A stretch of DNA of 64,000 nucleotides from Malacoraja senta (lineage: Eukaryota). Of this stretch, positions 1 to 13,779 are shown piece by piece. A program made the translations under genes and the position numbers. How positions within the stretch are numbered: position 1 is the first letter of the stretch; each line of letters opens with the position of its first letter. The notes below the pieces were generated by a model. It was not told where the DNA came from. It was given only the letters and a program-made list of their open reading frames with translations, and ran no database searches. The stretch spans positions 1,242,001-1,306,000 of the forward strand of contig CM075997.1 of the NCBI GenBank assembly GCA_038087875.1, written 5' to 3'.

Positions 1-420
1 CGTACACTGATCTGAAGTCTCTTCACTGTTGGAGAGTGAACACACAACTATCCAACTGGAGCTTAATTGCTTCTGAGGATTCGCCAGGTCATTGTTTGCT
101 TTTCACCTAAACTTGGTTGAAGCGGCCTTCATTTGGATCTAATCACAACCCTCCAAATGTGTGGGAAGGAACTGCAGATGCTGGTTTACACCGAAGATAG
201 ACACGGGTTTCTGCAATGAATCGCTTGAGTGCAGCAAATATTCCATTGCTAAATGCGAGCCATACACTGGACCACAAGGTAACATCGAGATGATGAAAGA
301 CTAGTTTAGTTTAGAGATACAGCGTGGAAACAGGCCCCTCGGCCCACCGAGTCCGCACCGACCAGCGATCCCTGATCATTAACGCACACAGTAGGGACAA
401 TTTACACTTATACCAAGCAA

Positions 421-897
421 CATTGAGCGCCCTGGAGCGGAAAAGACTCCAAAAAGTAGTAAACACTGCCCAGTCCATCATCGGTTCTGACCTCCCTACC
501 ATCGAGGGGATCTATCGCAGTCGCTGCCTCAAAAAGGCTGGCAGCATCATCAAGGACCCACACCATCCTGGCCACTCACTCATCTCCCAGCTACCTTCAG
601 GTAGAAGGTACAGGAGCCTAAAGACTGCAACAACCAGGTTCAGGAATAGCTACTTCCCAACAGCCATCAGGCTATTAAACTTGGCTCGGACAAACTCTGA
701 ACATTAATAGCCCATTATCTGTTTATTTGCACTTTATCAGTTTATTTATTCATGTGTGTATATATTAACATAATGGTATATGGACACACTGATCTGTTCT
801 GTATTCATGCCTACTATATTCTGTTGTGTTGCAGCAAAGCAAGAATTTCATTGTCCTATCAGGGACACATGACAATAAACTCTCTTGAATCTTGAAT
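421..897 (+). mobile_element. Rex1-type LINE 3' fragment inside a V-SINE
   Basis: ERKRLQKVVNTAQSIIG...YFPTAIRLLN followed by a tcttgaatcttgaatc tail; same family as 20866-22830. Confidence 0.88.
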
Positions 898-930
898 CAA
901 TTAACCTACAAACCTGTATGTCTTTGGAAT

Positions 931-1350
931 AGAAACATAGAAACATAGAAAGTAGGTGCGAGAGTAGACCACCAGGCCCATCGAGCCCGCACCGCCATTC
1001 GCTCATGGCTGAACACTAAACAGACACCCTTACCCACAAACAGTAGACACAAGACACAGAACACAAGACACTACCCTCCCCTTTATACCGCTATCACCCC
1101 TCTCCACCCCAAGAACCGCGTGATCTCCTGGGGGAGGCAAAAAACCGGATAAAAACCCAGGTCCAATTCGGGAAAAAAAATCCGGGAAATTCCTCTCCGA
1201 CCCCAATCCAGGCGATCGACACTTGTCCAGGAGATCACTCAGGTCTTACTATACTAACCATACCTAGGTCCATATCCCTGCCTTCTCCCCGTAGCCCCTT
1301 ATCCCCTTGGCAGCTAAAAAAACATCTATTTTAGACTTAAATATATTAAA
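931..1350 (-). mobile_element. CR1 subfamily 3' end with long structured 3'UTR
   Basis: (acatagaa)n tail; ORF-end ccttctccccgtagcccctt; internal inverted repeat tgatctcctgg/ccaggagatca. Confidence 0.7.
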
Positions 1351-2559
1351 TATATTTGGGAGGAAACCGAAGATCTCGGAGAAAAAACACGCAGATCACG
1401 GAGAAAACGTTAAACTCCGTACAGACAGTACCCGTAATCGGGATTGAAGTCGGGTGTCTGGCGCTGCAAGCGCTGTAATGCAGCAACTCTGCCGCTGCGC
1501 CACTGTGCCACCCGTAAACTAGCTCAATTGTTTGCAAAATGAGTGGGTTGGGAAATTAATGACTTGTGCTAAGTCCTCGTCTCTCTTCACATTCTGCCCG
1601 AAGGTGATCGTCAACCATCTCGAACCAGTATTTTCAGCTTAGTGGAGTCTTTTGCCTATTGAACCAAAAAGCTTTGAACTCAAAAATCCCTTCAGCACTT
1701 GACGCCCGAGCTAATTGTGATAACGAGGTAGTTTTGCATTGTCAGTCACGCTATCTTGTGAGTGAAATGTGAAGACCAACGACTGTTTAATATAGATGGT
1801 GTTATATGATGACCAGGAGCCTTCACCTGCACTGGGTCACCATTTCCTGCACTGGGACACCGTTCTCTGGATGCTTTCAAGACAGAGCTAGATAGGGCTC
1901 TTAAACATAGCGGAGTCAGGGGATATGGGGAGAAGGCAGGAACGGGGTACTGATTGGGGATGATCAGCCATGATCACATTGAATGGCGGTGCTGGCTCAA
2001 AGGGCCAAATGGCCTACTCCTGCACCTAATGTCTATTGTCTATTTATTCCTCAACCATCAAAATGGATTAGTGTGAAAGATATGAAGAACTGTGACGTTT
2101 TAGCCTCCTTTACGTAGAGTAAAGGCTTCCTAATAATTTCTGTCGAAACATAGAAACATAGAAAATAGGTGCAGGAGTAGGCCATTCGGCCCTTCGAACC
2201 TGCACCGCCATTCAATATGATCATGGCTGATCATCCAACTCAGTAAAGAAGGGTCCAGACCCGAAACGTCACCAATCCACGTTCTCCAGAGACGCTGCCT
2301 GATCCGCTGAGTTACTCCAGCACTCTGTGTCTTTTCGAGGAAGCACCAAGTGCTGGAGTAACTCTGTGGGTCAGGCAGCATCTGTGGAGGGAATGGACAG
2401 ATTACATTTTGGATCCTCATTGTTGACTGATCTTCCCATTTTTTCAATTAAAAAAATAAACCATTTGTATATCCAGAACATAGCACAGGAACAGAATTTT
2501 CAGCCCACAATTTCTATGCTGAACGTGATGCCAAGCTAAACTAATCTTATCTTATTCGT

Positions 2560-2764
2560 GCAGCATGGTGGCGCAGCAGTCGAGCTACTGCCTAGCAGCG
2601 TCAGAGATCCGGGTTTGATCCTGACCATGTGTGCTTGTCTGTACCGAGTTTGTACGTTCTCCCTGTGAATTGCTTGGGTTTTCTCCGGCTGCTCCGGTTT
2701 CCTCCCGCACTCCAAAGACGCACAGGTTTCTAGGTTAATTGGCTTCAGTAAAACTGTAAATTGT

Positions 2765-2795
<31 letters not shown>

Positions 2796-2879
2796 AGGAT
2801 AGTGTGGGGATCGCTGGTCGGTGTGGACTGGATGGGCCGAAGGGCCTGTTACCTCGCTGTATCTCTAAACTAAACTAAA
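2560..2879 (+). mobile_element. tRNA-derived V-SINE (HE1-like), full length
   Basis: A box tggcgcagc, B box gggtttgatcc, V-core gagtttgtacgttctccc...ccggtttcctccc, (tg)n tract, (ctaaa)n tail. Confidence 0.85.
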
Positions 2880-4025
2880 AGATACTGCTCATCCCACTGA
2901 GTTACTCCAGCACTTTGTCATTTGCTCAAGGTTCCAGTGTTTGCAGTTCCTTGTATCTCTGGATTAACTGGACATTTTATTACAGTATTTGAGTGATCAG
3001 TCAGAACTAGCCACCTTCGAAGCACTTGGGGGAATCTGACAGACACCGTACAAAAGGGACTTTATAAGTCATAAAAGCTCTACAATCTTAATTTATTTTC
3101 ACTGTAAAGCTGAACACTGATAAATGAACAATTAAACTCTGCCTTTTCATTTGCTGTCAGTAAAATTTTATAGGTGTTCTGTTAATAAATTGGATTTGCA
3201 GTAACTGGGAAAGGCACTGGCTTTAGATTTTTTAAATATCCCCTTGCAACCAATTATGCGTTGTGCTCGCCTGAAAATATATCACTCGAGGTTTTTGAAA
3301 TTCATCGCTAGAACTACAACTTTTTTTTTCCCAGGTCGTTAGCCAAACTGAAATGTAGCATGCTCCATAAATCTAATATTAGCAATTGGCAGGTAGATGA
3401 GAATGGCCCTTGTTCAAAAATAAACAGAGCCACTACAGTTGGATAGTATGCAGCAGGAATATGTAAACACTGTGCAAGGAGTTCACAGTTAAATGCCTTT
3501 GATGAGATTTTTGAACAAAGGGCATTTTCAGTTGGGGATGTTGAGGTAGGCCAGTACTAACAAACAAGCTTTACTAGTTCAACATTCGATAGGGAGCTTT
3601 TAATTTAAGCACCGTGTATGCTCATAATAGCAAAGGAGGAGTCCATTCAATCCATCTTGCACATACTAGCTCTTTGAAGACTGCTATCTGGTCTCCCACT
3701 AACACTTTCTTTCCCCAAAGTCCTTGTGACTCTTACCCCTCTGGAAATGTAATTAACTTTCTTTTTGAGAGTTACCTCAAAACTTGTTTTCAGTTCATCC
3801 CATAAGTATTCACGCCTCTTATCCCTCCTCGTCTCTCCGCTAGTTCTTTTGTTTGTTGTATTAAATCTGTCTCCTCTGGTTACCAAGTTTATGTGCCATG
3901 CAGTGGTCAGTTGCTTTCCAGTATCAGAGTGGCGCAGCGGTAGAGTTGCTGCCTTACAGCACCAGAGACCCGGGTTCGATCCTGACTACAGGGTGCTGTC
4001 TGTATGGAGTTTGTACGTTCTCCCG

Positions 4026-4510
4026 GTGACATTGTGGGTTTTCACGATTCAAGATTCAAGAGAGTTTATTGTCATGTGTCCCTGATAGGACAATGAAATT
4101 CTTGCTTTGCTTCAGCACAACAGAACATAGTAGGCATTGACTACAAAACAGATCAGTGTGTCCATCCATATACCATTATATAAATATATAAACACATGAA
4201 TAAATAGACTGATAAAGTGCAAATAACAGATAATGGGCTATTAATGTTCAAAGTTTATGTCCGAGCCAAGTTTAATAGCCTGATGGCTGTGGGGAAGTAG
4301 CTATTCCTGAACCTGGACGTTGCAGACTTCAGGCTCCTGTACCTTCTACCTGATGAGTGTGTGGCCAGGATGGTGTGGGTCCTTGATGATGCTGCCAGCC
4401 TTTTTGAGGTAGCGACTGCGATAGATCCCTCGATGGAAGGGAGGTCAGAGCCGATGATGGACTGGGCAGTGTTTACTACTTTTTGTAGTCTTTTCCTCTC
4501 CAGGGCGCTG
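4026..4510 (-). mobile_element. Rex1-type LINE 3' fragment splitting a V-SINE (3929-4025 and 4510-4676)
   Basis: gattcaagattcaag tail and Rex1 C-terminal peptide; the SINE resumes at ggtgctctggtttcc. Confidence 0.85.
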
Positions 4511-6373
4511 GGTGCTCTGGTTTCCTCACACACTCCAAAGGTTTGTAGGTTAATTGGCTTCAGTAAAATTGTGAAATAGTCCCTAGTGTGTAGGATAGCG
4601 CTAGTGTACGGGGTGATCGCGGGTCGGCATGGATTCGGTGGGCCAAAGGGCCTGTTTCTGCGCTGTAGAAGTCTAAAGAGAGCCATAAAGGAACCAGTAA
4701 TTGCAACTTTAAATCCTCCCTTCCATCACATCTGTGACCTGTTTAAATGCGAGCCACAGAGTATGGATTTGCTGAACAAATGCTGACCATCAGAATCTAT
4801 TTATATTAATCCTCTACAAATGTAATTTAATTCTTCCCCACATTCACCACAGTTGCTCCCCACCACAATGCTACCATTCTCCTACTCGGCAGGGGCAATA
4901 TACTGTCTATGCAATGTGAGAAAGGGAGAACGTGAAAACTCCATACAGGCAGCACAAGAGGTCTGAGCATCGGAGGTTGCATTTCTTATAAAATAGACAC
5001 AAATTGCTGAAGTAACTCAGCGGGTCAGGCAGCTCCTCTGGAGAAAAGGAATAGGCGACACCATTCTTCAGACAGAGAGTCAGGGGAGAAGGAAACTAGA
5101 GGAATGAAAAGGTTCCGAATATCTCGGAGCCCAGCACCGTTGACCAAGGGAAAATGGAGCCCACAATGGTCCATTGTTGGCTGTGGAGGAGGTGATAACA
5201 AACAGATATATGGATGCACACAGTGGAACTGGCAAGACGGCTAGGGTGGGGGAGGGGCGGAGAGAGGGAGTTACTTGAAATTAGAGAATTCAAGCCACAG
5301 ACTGCTGATTGACACAAAGTGCTGGAGTAACTCAGCTGGTCAGGCAGCATCTCTGGAGAAATGGAACAGGTGACGTTTCGTGTTTCGCTAGCTGTGCCAC
5401 TGCGCTCCCTACATATGAATGCTTTGCAAATGGATGTGATATATACCCCAGAGTGAAAGATATGAAGAACTGTGACGTTTTAGCCTCCTTTACGTAGAGT
5501 AAAGGCTTCCTAATAATTTCAGTCTAAACATAGAAACATAGAAAATAGGTGCAGGAGTAGGCCATGAAGAGAAGGAATAGGCGACGTTTCGGGTCGAGAC
5601 CCGTGAGGGTCTCGACCCGAAACGTCGCCTATTCCTTCCCTACATAGTTGCTGCCTCACCTTTTAAGGGTCTCTTTAAAGAGTTTTAAGGACCCTTTAAG
5701 GGTCTCGACCCGAAACGTCGCCCATTCCTTCTCTACATAGACGCTGCCTCGCCCGCTGAGTTCCTCCAGCATTTTTTGTCTACCTGCGATCTTTCCAGCA
5801 TCTGCAGTTCCTTCTTAAACATTTCCTCCACTGTGGCAATGCAACTTTTAAACACTTTTACATTAGCAGCTTCCCTGTAGTGAGCAAGGACAGCCCATCC
5901 TTTGCGTGGAAGGTTCACACACGTTTATAGATTCAAGATTCAAGAGAGTTTATTGTCATGTGTCCCAGATAGGACAATGAAAGTCTTGCTTTGCTTCAGC
6001 ACAACAGAATATAGCAGGCATAAATAAATACAGAACTGATCAGTGTGTCCATATACCATTGAATATATATATATATATACACACACATAAATAAGCAGAT
6101 AAAGTACAATAGGCTATTAAAGTTCAGATTTTTGTTTGAGTTGAGTTTGATGGCTGAGGGGAAGCGGCTGTTCCTGAACCTGGATGTTGCAGATTTCAGG
6201 CTCCTGTACCTTCTACCTGAAGGCAGCGGAGGAGCTTGGAAGGCGCTTACTTCAATTGTCCTGGCTGTTTTAATTCCAAGAGACCAACGCCCACAACCTT
6301 ATGGTTTACTGTGCTGTATTCATCAATCTTTAATCTGGGTGTAGTACGGTTGTTACAAGTCTGCAAATTACAA

Positions 6374-9300
6374 ATAGAAACATAGAAACATAGAAAATAG
6401 GTGCAGGAGTAGGCCATTTGGCCCTTCGAGCCTGCACCGCCATTCAATATGATCATGGCTGATCATCCAACTCAGTATCCTGTACCTGCTTTCTCTCCAT
6501 ACCCCCTGATCCCTTTAGCCACAAGGGCCACATCTAACTCCCTCTTAAATATAGCCAATGAACTGGCCTCCACTACCTTCTGTGGCAGAGAATTCCAGAG
6601 ATTCACCACTCTCTGTGTGAAAAATGTTTTCCTCATCTCGGTCCAAAAAGATTTCCCCCTTATCCTTAAACTGTGACCCCTTGTTCTGGACTTCCCCAAC
6701 ATCGGGAACAATCTTCCTGCATCTAGCCTGTCCAACCCCTTAAGAATTTTGTACGTTTCCTAAAGATCCCCCCTCAATCTTCTAAATTCTAGCGAGTACA
6801 AACCAAGTCTATCCAGTCTTTCTTCATGTGAAAGTCCTGACATCCCAGGAACCAGTCTGGTGAACCTTCTCTGTACTCCCTCTATCGCAAGAATGTCTTT
6901 CCTCAGATTAGGAGACCAAAACTGTACGCAATACTCCAGGTGTGGTCTCACCAAGACCCTGTACAACTGCAGTAGAACCTCCCTGCTCCTATACTCAAAT
7001 CCTTTTGCTATGAATGCTAACATACCATTCGCCTTCTTCACTGCCTGCTGCACCTGCATGCCTACTTTTAATGACTGGTGTACCATGACACCCAGGTCTC
7101 GTTGCATCTCCCCTTTTCCTAATCGGCCACCATTCAGATAATAGTCTACTTTCCTGTTTTTGCCACCAAAGTGGATAACCTCACATTTATCCACATTATA
7201 CTGCATCTGCCATGCATTTGCCCACTCACCCAGCCTATCCAAGTCACCTTGCAGCCTCCGAGCATCCTCCTCACAGCTAACACTGCTCCCCAGCTTCGTG
7301 TCATCCGCAAACTTGGAGATGTTGCATTCAATTCCCTCATCCAAATCATTAATATATATCGTAAATAGCTGGGGTCCCAGCACTGAGCCTTGCGGTACCC
7401 CACTAGTCACTGCCTGCCATTGTGAAAAAGACCCGTTTACTCCTACTCTTTGCTTCCTGTCTGCCAGCCAGTTCTCTATCCACATCAATACTGAACCCCC
7501 AATACCATGTGCTTTAAGTTTGTATACTAATCTCTTATGTGGGACCTTGTCAAAAGCCATCTGAAAGTCCAGATATAACACATCCACTGGTTCTCCCTTA
7601 TCCACTCTACTAGTTACATCCTCGAAAAATTCTATTAGATTCGTCAGACATGATTTACCTTTCATAAATCCATGCTGACTTTGTCCAATGATTTCACCAC
7701 TTTCCAAATGTGCTGCTATCCCATCTTTAATAACTGATTCTAGCAACTTCCCCACTACCGTCGTTAGACTAACTGGTCTGTAATTCCACGTTTTCTCTCT
7801 CCCTCCCTTTTTAAAAAGTGGGGTTACATTAGCTACCCTCCAATCCTCAGGAACTACTCCAGAATCTAAAGAGTTTTGAAAAATTATCACTAATGCATCC
7901 ACTATTTCTGGGGCTACTTCCTTAAGTACTCTGGGATGCAGCCTATCTGGCCCTGGGGATTTATCGGCCTTTAATCCATTCAATTTACCTAACACCACTT
8001 CCCGGCTAACCTGGATTTCACTCAGTTCCTCCATCTCATTTGACCCCCGGTCCCCTGCTATTTCTGGCAGATTATTTATGTCTTCCTTAGTGAAGACAGA
8101 ACCAAAGTAGTTATTCAATTGGTCTGCCATGTCCTTGTTCCCCATGATCAATTCACCTGTTTCTGACTGCAAGGGACCTACATTTGTTTTAACTAATCTT
8201 TTTCTCTTCACATATCTATAAAAGCTTTTGCAGTCAATTTTTATGTTCCCTGCCAGTTTTCTTTCATAATCAATTTTCCCTTTCCTAATTAAGCCCTTTG
8301 TCCTCCTCTGCTGGACTGAATTTCTCCCAGTCCTCTGGTAGGCTGCTTTTTCTGGCTAATTTGTACGCTTCATCTTTTGTTTTGATACTATCCCTGATTT
8401 CCCTTGTTATCCATGAATGCACTACCTTCCCAGATTTATTTTTTTGCCAAACTGGGATGAACAATTGTTGTAGTTCATCCATGCAGTCTTTAAATGCCTT
8501 CCATTGCATATCTACCGTCAACCCATTAAGAATCAATTGCCAGTCTATCTTGGGCAATTCACTTCTCATACCCTCAAAGTTACCTTTCTTTAAGTTCAGG
8601 ACCCTTGTTTCTGAATTAACAATGTCACTCTCCATCCTAATGAAGAACTCAACCATATTATGGTCACTCTTGCCCAAGGGGCCACGCACAACAAGACTGC
8701 TAACTAACCCTTCCTCATTACTGAATACCCAATCTAGATTAGCCTGCTCCCTCGTTGGTTCCTCTACATGTTGGTTTAGAAAACTATCCCACATACATTC
8801 CAAGAAATCCTCTTCCTCAGCACCCTTGCCAATTTGATTCACCCAATCTATATGTAGATTGAAGTCACCCATTATAACTGTTTTACCTTTGTTGCACGCA
8901 TTTCTAATTTCCTGTTTGATGCCATCCCCAACTCCACTACTACTGTTAGGTGGCCTGTACACAACTCCCACTAGCGTTTTCTGCCACTTAGTGTTTCGCA
9001 GCTCTACCCATATCGATTCCACATCCTCCAAGCTAATGTCCTTCCTTTCTATTGCGTTAATCTGCTCTCTAACCAGCAACGCTACCCCACCTCCTTTCCC
9101 TTTCTGTCTATCCCTCCTGAATATTGAATATCCCTAGATGTTCAGCTCCCAGCCTTGGTTACCCTGGAGCCATGTCTCCGTGATCCCAACTATATCATAG
9201 TGATTAATAACTATCTGCACATTCAACTCATCCACCTTATTACAAATGCTCCTTGCATTGAGACACAAAGCCTTCAGGCTTGTTTTTACAGCACTCTTAC

Positions 9301-9640
9301 CCCTTATACAATTATGTTGAAAAGTGGCCCTTTTTGATTTTTGCCCTGGATTTGTCTGCCTGCCACTTTTACTTTTCACCTTGCTACCTATTGCTTCTAC
9401 CCTCATTTTACACCCCTCTGTCTCTACGCTCACATATTTAAGAAACCCTTTCCCTTTAACTCCATCCTCAACTATCCCATTCGACACCCCACCCCCCTTA
9501 TTCAGTTTAAAACCACCCGTGTATCAGTGGCAAACCTGCCTGCCAGAATGCTGGTCCCCCACCTGTTAAGATGCAATCCGTCCCTTTTGTACAGTTCCCT
9601 TTTACTCCAAAACAGATCCCAGTGATCTAAGAATTTAAAT
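6374..9640 (-). mobile_element. CR1-clade LINE, 5'-truncated in ORF1; ORF2 (APE endonuclease + RT) near complete but disabled
   Basis: ORF1 end reads LDHWDLFW...DGLHLN...VVLN* (SGNH esterase-like, stop at 9502-9504). Endonuclease motifs NARS, GITETWL, MGDFN, SDHN. RT motifs QHGF, YLDF, GVPQGSVLGP, FADD. 3' tail (TTCTATGT)n at ~6374-6395. Premature TAG at 9134 and frameshifts near 8315 and 6760. Confidence 0.95.
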
Positions 9641-10114
9641 CCCTAATCCCTAAATGCGAGATGTAGCTCAGAACTGGAGCATGAACAGTAACTAGTGGCC
9701 AATTTTAAAATGGATGCTACTTAAAAGCCACTTGTATTTTAAAATATGTAGGGAGGAACTGCAGATGCTGGTTTAAACTGAAGACAGACGCAAAAAGGTG
9801 GAGTAACTCAGCGGGTCATCCCTGGAGTAAAGGAATAGGTGACCATTTGGGTCGAGACCCTTCTTCAGCCTATTCCTTCTCACCAGAGATGCTGCCTGAC
9901 CCGCTGAGCTACTCCAGCTTTTTGTGTCTGTCATATTGTAAAATAGTGGGACAGGTAGCATCTCTGGAGAGAAGGAATGGGTGAGGTTTCGGGTGGAGAC
10001 CCTTCAAGAGTTACTCCAACATTTTGTGTCTACCTACGATTTAAACCAGCATCCGCAGTTCTTTCCGACACATTATATTTTAAAATACTTGGTATGCTGC
10101 ACTTGTATAAAGGC

Positions 10115-10410
10115 CAGAGTCTTAGAATAAAGTGGAGGCCATTTCAGACTGAGGTGAGGAAAAACATTTTCACCCAGAGAGTTGTGAATTTGTGGAATTC
10201 CCTGCCACAGAGGGCAGTGGAGGCCAAATCACTGGATGGATTTAAGAGAGAGTTAGATGGAGCTCTAGGGGCTAGTGGAATCAAGGGATATGGGGAGAAG
10301 GCAGGCACGGGTTATTGATTGGGGACGATCAGCCATGATCGTAATGAATGGCGGTGCTGGCTCGAAGGGCCAAATGGCCTCCTCCTGCACCTATTTTCTA
10401 TGTTTCTATG
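10115..10410 (+). mobile_element. CR1 3' fragment (similar at ~13020-13306, ~20397-20780, ~23603-24095, ~57125-57425)
   Basis: FTQRVVNLWNSLPQ...GYGEKAGTGY* followed by a ttctatgtttctatgt tail. Confidence 0.88.
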
Positions 10411-13400
10411 TAATGTTTATTTGCCCTGTAAGTTCTAGGCAGGGAACTTAGCAGTTAAATTTAGACCAAAGTTCCCTGTTGAAATTATTACTCACTGAGT
10501 AAACAGCTTTCAAGCTTGCTTCAGTTGCTGTGACAATAGACTCCAGCAAGAACCATTGTGAAACCAAGCCATTAAACCCTGCTGGTCTGCACGGTGCCAG
10601 TTGATATTGGGTTGAGCAGCAGTAAAGATGCTGTCTTTGGTCATTGCGGGGGCATGGGAAAGTCACCCATGGTGCCTGCTGTCAATGCCAAGCGGGCAGA
10701 CGTGGGTGTGTGCAAGATCAGGTTTGCCCGTGATCTCTGCTATGCCCTGCCACTGGCCTTGGCCTGCTCTAACCCAGTTAGAGTTGGCATCTCCAATGAG
10801 AAAGGGGACCCATGGTGGTGGAGATGGTGAACCAGGAGTCTCATGTCCACACAAGTTCACATGTTATAGGAGTAGAATTAGGCCATTCGGCCCATCGGGT
10901 TGACTCCGCCATTCAATCATGGCTGATCTCTGCCTCCTAATCCCATTTTCCTGCCTTTCCCCATAACCCTTGACACCCATTCTCATCAAGATTTTTTTTT
11001 ATCTGGGCCTTAAAAATATCTACTGACTTGGTCTCCACAGCCCTCTCTGGCCATGAGTTCCACCCGTCATAGTCGCAGCAGGTCTCCAAAAATGTTCAGG
11101 TGACGCCTGTATGGTCGTGAGTAGTCGCCCAAAGAGTCGTACCTTTTTCTGGTCGCCGCTGGATTTTCAACGTGTTGAACATTTTCGGAGGCTTGCTTGC
11201 GACTATGACGGGTGCCGGCAAGTCGCCGAATAAATCACGTAAGTGGGACAGGCCCTTAACCCTGCCATGTTGTATTATATCAGTTAGCAGGGAAGTGATG
11301 GAACTTTCATCTTCAGCGACGCACTTGTGAGCAAGGGGGCTTTAAACCCATTGCCATCTGCTGGGTGATTTTTTCCCATCAGTATACCAGCCTGCTGTCA
11401 GGCAATGGGATATTTATGCTGCTACTGCTGCATAAGTCTGCTGTCAGGCAAATGATAAGCTGATTGTACAGCAAGTGGTGGCTGAAGGTTAATTAAGCGC
11501 TCTCGGCGTTCCACATGCATAGGTCAGATTTATGGGGCCTATAGATTTGTTTTCTTTAGCTTTGGGATTTTATGACCAGTCGCCCAGTGGTGATTTAAAG
11601 CTTGGTTGTGCGCTGCAGAAGATTGACACCAGAAGACTGAGGGGTGGCGTGGTGGCACAGCGGTAGAGTTGCTGCCTCGCAGCACCTGAGACCCAGGTTC
11701 GATCCCGCCCACGGGTGCTGTCTGTACGGAGTTTGTACCTTCTCCCCGTGACCTGCGTGGGTTTTCTCTGAGATCTTCAGTTTTCTCCCACACTCCAAAG
11801 ACGTATAAACTTATGTTAATTGGTTTGGTATAAATGTAAATTGTCCCTTGTGCGTGTAGGATAGCGTTAATGTGCGGGGCCGTGGCCGTATCCTAACAGC
11901 AGACCTGGCTCGCCCACCGCGGAACGTGAACTCGCCCGGAGAGGGAAGCCACAAAGAAGTGGATGGAGGGAGAAGGCGGTAGACACTGGACAAAGCGAAC
12001 CTGCGGGGAGGGGGGGGGGTCGGGTCTTGCCCTCATGATCATCTGCAGGAAGAGCCCCCCCTCCCCAGGGAACAAGGGCTGAAGAGGGCCGGGCGAGGAG
12101 AGGGCCGACAGTCGACCGGAATGGCCTTTGTGGCTGGGACTGTAGATTGGCGCCAAAATGGCACCTCTTGCATTTGGACTCAGTGGCAACCCAGTACATT
12201 CTGTACTAACCGGGGGATTGTGCTTAGGTATGGTGATAGTCCTGCTGAGCTGTGGGCAAAAAAAGTATTTCACTTTACCCTGGTATACGTGATAATAAAG
12301 AACCTACCACCACTCTGCTCTGACACAAGCCACACCAGCCATTTGCAATGAGGTTGTAAACGAAGGGGGGTTGTCTTGGATAAATAAACTGGCTCATATG
12401 CAGCCCTTGTCGTGCTGGGATCAATAAATCCCTTGGGGAGTAGAAGAGATATGGGAGTGCACTTCAGAGGGCAATCAAGAGGGCAAAGAGAGGACATGAG
12501 AGATAGCTGTGGCAGATAAGGTAAAATAGATTCATAGGGGGGATCTAAACGTATATTCAGAGCATGATAGTAACTAGGGAAAGAATAGGTCCCTTTAAGA
12601 ATCAATGTGTGGAGCTCCAGGGGACGGGCGAGGTGATAAATTAATATCTCTCATCTCTCTTTACCATGCAGAAAGACCTGGAGGCTGTGACCTCGTGGGT
12701 TTCCTCCCACATTGAGTGTTGACCTACAGGGTTGAGGTTAATTGTCTGTTGTAAATTGCCCCCAGTGTATGGGATAGGGGGTGATCGTTGGTCGGCACAA
12801 ACTCACTGGGCCTTTTCCCGCGCCGTATCTCTAGAGTCTAACCAGCATTTAGAAAGGTGAGGGCTGATAAGGGACAGTCAGTACTGCGAAGATAGACACA
12901 AAAAGCTGGAGTAACTCAGTGGGACAGGCAGCACCTCTGGAGTTAGGGAAAGGGGAATGAGGAATGAGAGATTTTGGCAATGATTTAGAGAGATTAAGAA
13001 CTTGTGTCAACTTGTAACGGGGATAAAGGGAAGGCCATTTAAGACTGAGGTGAGAAAACCCTTTTTCACCCAGAGAGTTGTGAATTTGTGGAATTCCCTG
13101 CCACAGAGGGCAGTGGAGGCCAAGTCACTGGGTGGATTTAAGAGAGAGTTAGATAGAGCTCTCGGGGCTAGTGGAGTCAAGGGATATGGGGAGAAGGCAG
13201 GCACGGGTTATTGATAGGGGACGATCAGCCATGATCACAATGAATGGCGGTGCTGGCTCGAAGGGCCGAATGGCCTTCTCCTGCACCTATTTTCTATGTT
13301 TCTATGTAACTGTGGATTTCCCCCTGGATACACTGGTTTCCTCCCACATCCCAAAGATGTGCAAGTCCTTGGGTTATTTGACTGTTGTAAAGTGCCCTCA

Positions 13401-13779
13401 ATGTAGGTGGCTGGTGTCAGAGCCGAGGTGGGAGTTTGGGTGAGATTGTCAATGAGTATGTGAGAGAGAATCAGTCACAAAGATAGAAGTGGGGGAGAGG
13501 GTTGTTTTGAGGATCAGCGTCGTAGATCTGACAGCACTGTGGCCCGATTATTGTGTGAAAAATAAATGTCTTTAAGACTTTAAAATATCATTACAAAAAA
13601 TAAATGCCATTATACAATAGCTGAATAATTTGGAAGAGGCAGAAGGCGGTTGGAACATCAATATTAGAGCAGCCCTTTGGGGCCACGTGGCCTATGTTTC
13701 ACTATAAATTCTAGTTGATATTAACCAACGTTGGAAATCCCAGCAATATTCAGACATTCAAAAAAAAAAGTAAGGAGGC

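Noticed and set aside
3929..3990. tRNA-like A/B boxes (tggcgcagcgg, ggttcgatcc)
   Set aside because: SINE head running straight into the V-core; no acceptor stem, so not a tRNA gene.
6860..9137. Several + strand ORFs of 60-179 aa
   Set aside because: Antisense shadows of CR1 ORF2.
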